Position numbers and translations under genes: made by a program. A DNA stretch of 64,000 nt, taken from contig NC_042997.1 in NCBI RefSeq assembly GCF_006345805.1, positions 103,788,001 through 103,852,000 of the forward strand, in the 5' to 3' direction. This DNA comes from Octopus sinensis. Taxonomy: Eukaryota. The notes under the pieces are model-generated. The model ran no database searches and had not been told where the DNA came from. It saw only the letters and a program-made list of their open reading frames with translations. Positions 57,690 to 64,000 of the stretch are shown one piece after another; position 1 is the stretch's first letter, and every line of letters starts with the position of its first letter.

Positions 57690-58750
57690 TCTCGTTCTAG
57701 AAAACTCCTATTTCCTCTTCATTGTGTGGTCGAGGGTAGTGAAGGCCAATTCTCGCTCAAAACAGAGGAGAACAAATTTTTGAAACAAAGTGTTGGTGGT
57801 GGGCACTGTTGCTGCATCTTGCGTTCTTTACGTTTTTTCTCCAACTTTTCTTTTTCTTTTGATTCCTGTGGTGATAAAGTGATGCCTTTTGGAAAAGTTT
57901 TAAGCTGTAGTTTTTCCATTCCTTTTTTTCATGTATTTGCTTTAATTCCATACATTTCGAGAGTTGACTTTGGCTGTAATTTGTAACGGCCGAGGGGACA
58001 CCTTCGCTGTTGTTTTTTTGTGGTAGATAATTCACTGAAAAACATTTGACGATAAAATATTTCTATTTTCCTTCTAACCACATATTCTGACCATCACAGA
58101 AATCATTTCTTGGTGGTGGATTTTTATGATTCGGCTGCTGGCTTTCTTGAGGGCAGCGTTGTTGGTTATGAAGTCATAATTTTTAATGTTTAAGATGACG
58201 CAGAGCACTTTTTGATGGAAATGCTCAAGTTTCTTGATGGTTGAAAATGTCAATATTTCACAACGGCAACTTTAAAAAATGTCATTGTCCTTTTGTGTTA
58301 GGTCTTAGGCCTTAAAACACATTTTGCTTCTTTTCCAGATCAGCTGGACGGGCTGATCCAATTCTGCGTTGCCCACACTTTTAAGAAAAACATTTGTTAG
58401 AAAGAAAACTTTCAAGATGGGGAAAGTGATCAACTTAATCTACAGATCTATTAAGGGTAGTGATGTTGAAATCAAGGAGATAGATATTGGAAACATGAGT
58501 TTGGTGGGGAACCCTGATATACTTTATACATACTACGAGGACGGGGCGATTGTATGAACTTATACAACAAACACATACTTACCGTTAATAGTACAAAAGC
58601 ATGAAACCATTTTATTACTAACAAATAAGCTTGTGAACAACCGAGCAAACCACGAATGATCAGCAATAATTCTAGATTCAGTGACTAATGAAAAACTAGG
58701 AACGTTGATGAAGGTTTTACAGAATTTATTGTCAGAAACAAAACTGGTAT
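57690..58750 (-). mobile_element. RTE LINE 3' third, decayed
   Basis: VDHFPHLESFLS..RRIGSA..KLEHFHQKVLCVILNIK..KSTLEMYGIKAN..KRKERKMQQQCPPPTLC..ARIG. Confidence 0.7.
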
Positions 58751-58898
58751 GGAAATAAAAAAAAAATAATTGCGATGAAAAGGCTTTATACCAGGATATA
58801 GTCATGCTTTCAGAACGTCATGACTAAAAGAAATTCTGTTATTCATGCATGTGTGTGATTGTTGTGTGTAAGTATGTGTGTGTGTGTGTGTATGTGTG

Positions 58899-59105
58899 TG
58901 TGGAGGGGACGGCTTAATGTTGAAGGCGTTGCATTCCTGATCGTAAGATCGTGGTTCCAATTCCTGGACCGGGCGATGTGTTGTGCACTTAAGAAAAGAC
59001 ATCATTTTACGTTGCACCAGTACACTTAACTGGTAAAAATATATACTGTCCACGGGGGAAAATATGCGCCACAGAACCCATGGCTCGGGAAAGGACCTTT
59101 GGTCC
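58899..59105 (+). mobile_element. SINE family 3, decayed
   Basis: GTGGAGGGGACGGCTTAATG head..GGTTCCAATTCCTGGACCGGGCG..CATGGCTCGGGAAAGGAC. Confidence 0.6.
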
Positions 59106-59295
59106 CTTTTTCATACTTATGTATGTATATATGTATGTACGTATATGCGTATATATGCACACATATATTTGTATATGATATGCATGTTATACATACATAC
59201 ATACATACATACATACATACATACATACATACATACATACATACATACATACATACATACATGCATACATACATACATACACACACGTGTACACG

Positions 59296-59330
<35 letters not shown>

Positions 59331-59953
59331 GCGATACATGAAATACACAAAAGTACAAATATTTGCGGTTATTTATACATAACGTGTTTGACGTATTTAA
59401 CACCTGGTTCGTTAATCAGTGGACATATCTTAACAAACTGGGTTGCAAAAGATTAGAAAGAAAAGAAAGATTTTGATAACTTTGGTTAAAATAGCATGAA
59501 TGTTTATATGTAGTTGTTTATCTAGTAGGTTCTAGTGTGAACAGTCTTTCTTCAACTTGTGTGTTTATGTACAAATCAGGCGCATGCAAAGAACCCTTCC
59601 AGGGATTTGATATGTGTATCAATGTAACTACATTTGTTTGTTTACTTAATAATCAACAAATACTGTAAAGTGAAAGCTGCCTCTATTTATTTACTGTATA
59701 ACGTGTTAATAACGAAACAGGAATGCAGTAAACTTCGCTGAAAAACTAATTAAGAAAGAACATTCGCGTTTGTCCCTACTTACCTCTTTCTTTATGATAC
59801 TGTCTATATCTTTTACGCATTTTACTTACTAGACATATAAGACCTCTGTCTTCTGTGCTGGGTTTTTACTCCTGATACACACACACACACACATACACTC
59901 ACATATGTATACATATATACCTAAACTCGTATGTATGTATATAGCTGTATCTA

Positions 59954-61219
59954 TTGGGCTGTCCGGAAAGTTTATGCCGACTTTTAAAGGAAAGAAAAAG
60001 GTCAATAAATACTTGCTATTACAATTTTAATCAACCAAATATGAACCATTTTATTGCACAATGCGTCTCCATCTTTCCTTTAACTTGAAAATACCCTCTT
60101 CCCAGAATTGAGGTGGTTTCATTGCAAAGAATTCATCAAGGTATCTTTTTAGGTCATCCAAGGAATTGAAACTTTTACCATTAAGACTATTCTGCAGAGA
60201 CCAGAATAAATGGAAATCCGAGGGGACAATATCTGGTGAATATGGAGGGTGGGGTAACACATCCCAGCCGAGCTGCAGCAATTTTTCTCTGATTCCCAAA
60301 GAAAGGTGCGGTCTTGCATTATTATGTTGGAAAACAACACCCTTCCTGTTGGCCAATTCTGGATTTTTCTCATGAATTGCTGCTTTTAACTGGTCCAGTT
60401 GTGTGCAGTATTTCTCAGAAGTAATTGTCTGGTTACTTGGGAGAAACTCATAGTACAGAATTCCTTTCCAATCTCAGACACAAAGCAAGACTTTTTAAGG
60501 TGAAGACCCGCTTTTGGGGTGGCTAAGGGTGGCTTATGTCGTTCACTCCAGGATCGCTTTCTCTGAACATTTCGGTAGATAATCCATTTCTCATCACCTG
60601 TCACAATTTGCTTTAAAAAGACGTGTTTTCATTCCGTTTATAAAGCGAATCACAGATGGAAATGCGATCCAAAAGGTTCTTTCACTCAACTTATGTGGTA
60701 CCCAAACATCGTATCGATTTGTGTACCCAAGCTTTACCAGGTGCACATAAACGACGGATCTTGATAGGTTGAGGCTTTCTGCCAATTCTCGGGTTGTGCA
60801 ATGTGGGTTATTCTCAATTAATGACTTGATTTGGTCATCATCTGTAGTGGATGGTCCACCTGATCGTTCATTATGAATATGACTACAATCTCCAGCTCGG
60901 AACCTTGCGAACCACTTCCGTACAGTTCTTTCGGATAAAGAAACATCACCGTAAACTGCGCATATTTCTTTGGTTGCTTGTGAGGCATTTTCCCTTTACG
61001 GAAAGAGAAAAGCATCAAGCGCCGAAAATGAAATTTCTTACCTTCCATTTTAAAGGGTTACAGAATTATCACAGGAACATAAACTTTCTTCCACGAAATG
61101 ATAGCTTAAACTATGCTTTAAATGGAGGTGTAGTCAAATCCTATTTTATAGACTCAACCATATTCTAAAATAAGTCGAAAGGTAAGCTACTATAAATCGG
61201 CTCGAACTTTCCGGACAAC

Positions 61220-61223
<4 letters not shown>
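59954..61223 (-). mobile_element. Full-length mariner (DD34D, mellifera-like) with TIRs and TA TSD; transposase pseudogene
   Basis: TIRs TTGGG(C/T)TGTCCGGAAAGTT at both ends, flanked by TA; DVWVPHKL, TGDEKW, HNNARPH (catalytic D changed to N), HPPYSPDIVPSDF; several frameshifts. Confidence 0.93.
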
Positions 61224-61290
<67 letters not shown>

Positions 61291-61337
61291 TATTGAATTT
61301 CTAAATGTCTCAACGAGATGAGCGACGGTGGAGCGAT

Positions 61338-61800
61338 AGAGTGGTTGTATACAGTCAACATAACGTGACTTTATACATCGATGCTTCCTGTCGGCTTTGA
61401 CACGTTTGCTGTGTCCTTATATTTGCAAAGGGGAGGTAAGCACCCCACCAGATAGAAGTAGCAGCCTGGAGACATGCATGTTTCTGGGTCTTGCCCGTCG
61501 TCAGTCCAGGGTAGCGTGTCCTCACTAGCGGTGATACTTACCAAGCCTTCGTAAATATATGTATTTACAGTGAAATTTATTCACTGGTCACCGTAATTAG
61601 AAATATTGAATTTCTAAATGTCTCGACGAGACATGAACGGTTGCTAGTTCTAGCTGGTGGGGGTGCTTGCCTCCCCTTTGCAAATATAAGGACACAGCAA
61701 ATGTGTCAAAGCCGACAGGAAGCGTCGATGCTTCCTAGGACTACATAGCGGTGGTGTAATTCCCTCTACGGGACTGTCATGTTATGCTGACTTTATACAA

Positions 61801-61806
<6 letters not shown>
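61338..61806. repeat. Inverted repeat (61338-61468 versus 61639-61806, with a roughly 45-bp insert in the right arm), plus a 36-bp direct repeat at 61282 and 61597
   Basis: Directly aligned by eye. Confidence 0.9.
61465..61510 (-). ncRNA. Type-I hammerhead ribozyme motif with GUC cleavage triplet
   Basis: CCTGGA CTGACGA CGGG-CAAGA-CCCA GAA ACATGCATGT C TCCAGG: 6-bp stem I, canonical core, palindromic stem III. Confidence 0.7.
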
Positions 61807-61886
<80 letters not shown>

Positions 61887-62028
61887 GTATATATATATAT
61901 ACCTTAGGATATATACATGTATATATATATATATACATGTATGTGTATGTATTTAGTTATACGTATGTATATATGCATATATGTATATTATTTACAGTTC
62001 TATATTTAAGAGATTAGGAATTAGGTAC

Positions 62029-62183
62029 ATTATTTACATTTGATGAATATTTGTCCTCATCTTGTTTCGTGTTAACACAACATTTCGTCTGATATACCCT
62101 CCAGTCTTCATCAGGTGTCTTGGGGGAAATTTCGAACCTGAGTTCTTATTCCTAAGGTATTTTTCGATATTATTATTATTATA

Positions 62184-62230
<47 letters not shown>

Positions 62231-62323
62231 TATTATTATTATTTTATTATTATTATTATTATTATTATTATATTATTATTATTATTATTATTATTATCCA
62301 ATAGAATAAGTCTTAGGCAGTGA

Positions 62324-62394
<71 letters not shown>

Positions 62395-62532
62395 TCGAAA
62401 AATACCTTAGAAATGAGAACTCAGGTTTGAAATTTCCCTGAGACACCTGATGAAAGGTGGAGGGTATATCAGCTGAAACGTTGTGTTAACAACAAACAAG
62501 ATTAGGGAAAATATCCATCAAATGTAAATAAT
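62029..62532. repeat. Inverted pair of Penelope-like terminal repeats around (TTA)n/(TAA)n
   Basis: 62029-62170 versus 62392-62532, roughly 85-90% identical by eye. Confidence 0.9.
62441..62487 (+). ncRNA. Minimal hammerhead ribozyme motif (decayed mirror copy on the minus strand at 62074-62120)
   Basis: GACAC CTGATGA A AGGTG-GAGGGTATAT-CAGCT GAA ACGT T GTGTT. Confidence 0.6.
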
Positions 62533-62796
62533 ATAAATAATGTATATTTTAATATTTATATTATTATATGATTGAACGCCATGCATCCATTTCCAAGTAA
62601 TTTTATCTTTTATATATATATCATTATTCTTGTTGCTTATTTTGATTATAATCACCCCATGGATTTATATGTATAACACCATACAGAATTCTGGTGCATC
62701 CAACTTAAGTACCATCTCCTTTTTTTCTGTCCTTTTTTTCTCTCCTTATTTTTTCCTTTCCTTTTTTCTCTCCTTGTTTTTTTTTTTCTGTGTACC

Positions 62797-62830
62797 TTTC
62801 TGTCGAAGAGCGTAGGCTCGAAACGTAAAA
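62797..62830 (+). ncRNA. Hammerhead-like motif (A6U variant)
   Basis: TTT CTGTCGA A GAGC-GTAG-GCTC GAA ACGT A AAA; related copies at 19121-19156 (-), 25040-25075 (-) and 52845 (+). Confidence 0.4.
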
Positions 62831-62966
62831 CACTTTCTCTATTCCTGAGCGGTATACTAATACATTTGTTTGTTTGTACTCCACCTGCCTTCGTCTTTTG
62901 TTTATTTTCGTAAACTTTCCCTTTACACTTATATATAAATATGTATGTATATATATATATATATAT

Positions 62967-63031
<65 letters not shown>

Positions 63032-63085
63032 GTATATATATATATATGTATGTATATATATATGTATATATGTATATATATATAT

Positions 63086-63119
<34 letters not shown>

Positions 63120-63144
63120 TATATATGTATATATATATATATAT

Positions 63145-63202
<58 letters not shown>

Positions 63203-63206
63203 ATAT

Positions 63207-63232
<26 letters not shown>

Positions 63233-63237
<5 letters not shown>

Positions 63238-63387
63238 TGTATAGAGGGCATTATTACACATAAATGCCTCACACTAAGAGAGACAAAGTCATTACTACCA
63301 AAATTACACTAGTATAATTTTGGTAGTAATGACTTGTCCCTCTTAGTGTGAGGCATTTATGTGTAATAATGCCCTCTATACAATATA
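63233..63387. repeat. Spacer-less palindrome of about 155 bp centred on ACTAGT
   Basis: Arms differ by 2 mismatches and 1 indel. Confidence 0.95.
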
Positions 63388-63517
63388 GATATAATTAATT
63401 TGTTCAAAAGAAAAAAATTATTTTCGAATTCTTTTCTTTTATGAGGTTTTCACGCTAACTACCCGATAATTTCTTGTTAAGATCCCTTATTAAGAGGTTA
63501 TCCTTAATTGTTAAACT

Positions 63518-63558
<41 letters not shown>

Positions 63559-64000
63559 TGAAGAAGAAAAGGGAGAGTGAGTGAAAGAAAGACTGAATAC
63601 ATTGGAGTTTGTACGTAACCTATATTAGTTTTGTCTTCGTATTTTTGTTGAATATGCTGTTCTCTTTCGATTATCAATAACACATGAAAGAAAGATAATT
63701 CATATTTTATTTAGAACACATAACTTCATTTTAGGTCTCTAGCTGATTACCAAAACGTGATCTATCATGTTCTTACTTGGATAGCGTAAGTTTTTGAGGT
63801 TATCGGAGACTTATATATTGGCTCACTAATTATTAAATGACTTTATTATGTATATGTTCTTATGTATTCATCATCGATATTGGTTTGAATATGTTTAGAC
63901 ATAATAGCAGCATTTATATCTGTTACCCAACATACATACATATACTAACATACACTTCTGTACCCCTATGCAGAGACAAGTATTTACACATCTATCATTT

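Overview
Eukaryotic, very AT-rich DNA saturated with microsatellites and transposon relics. The SINE families look like octopus (coleoid cephalopod) repeats; this is an inference from recognition, not a database search. I found no host protein-coding gene I can support, and most ORF-track entries are translated microsatellites. Contents: three tRNA-derived SINE families; RTE, R4/Dong-like and Tx1/L1-clade LINE fragments; mariner, maT (DD37D) and Tc1 (DD34E) DNA transposons; a small Helitron-like element; and Penelope-like relics. The best leads are: (1) a set of minimal type-I hammerhead ribozyme motifs with palindromic stem III, mostly inside fold-back repeats, including one with a compensatory G3-C8 core swap (27821-27870) and one with a canonical core and GUC site (61465-61510); (2) a Tx1-clade LINE whose four copies all sit in (TATC)n repeats, and whose 3' end is shared with a SINE subfamily and an ORF1-only element; (3) a Tc1 transposase gene interrupted by what looks like a spliceosomal intron. 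These are variants of known classes of element, and novelty of the specific families needs Dfam/Repbase/Rfam checks. Coordinates of degraded elements are approximate.
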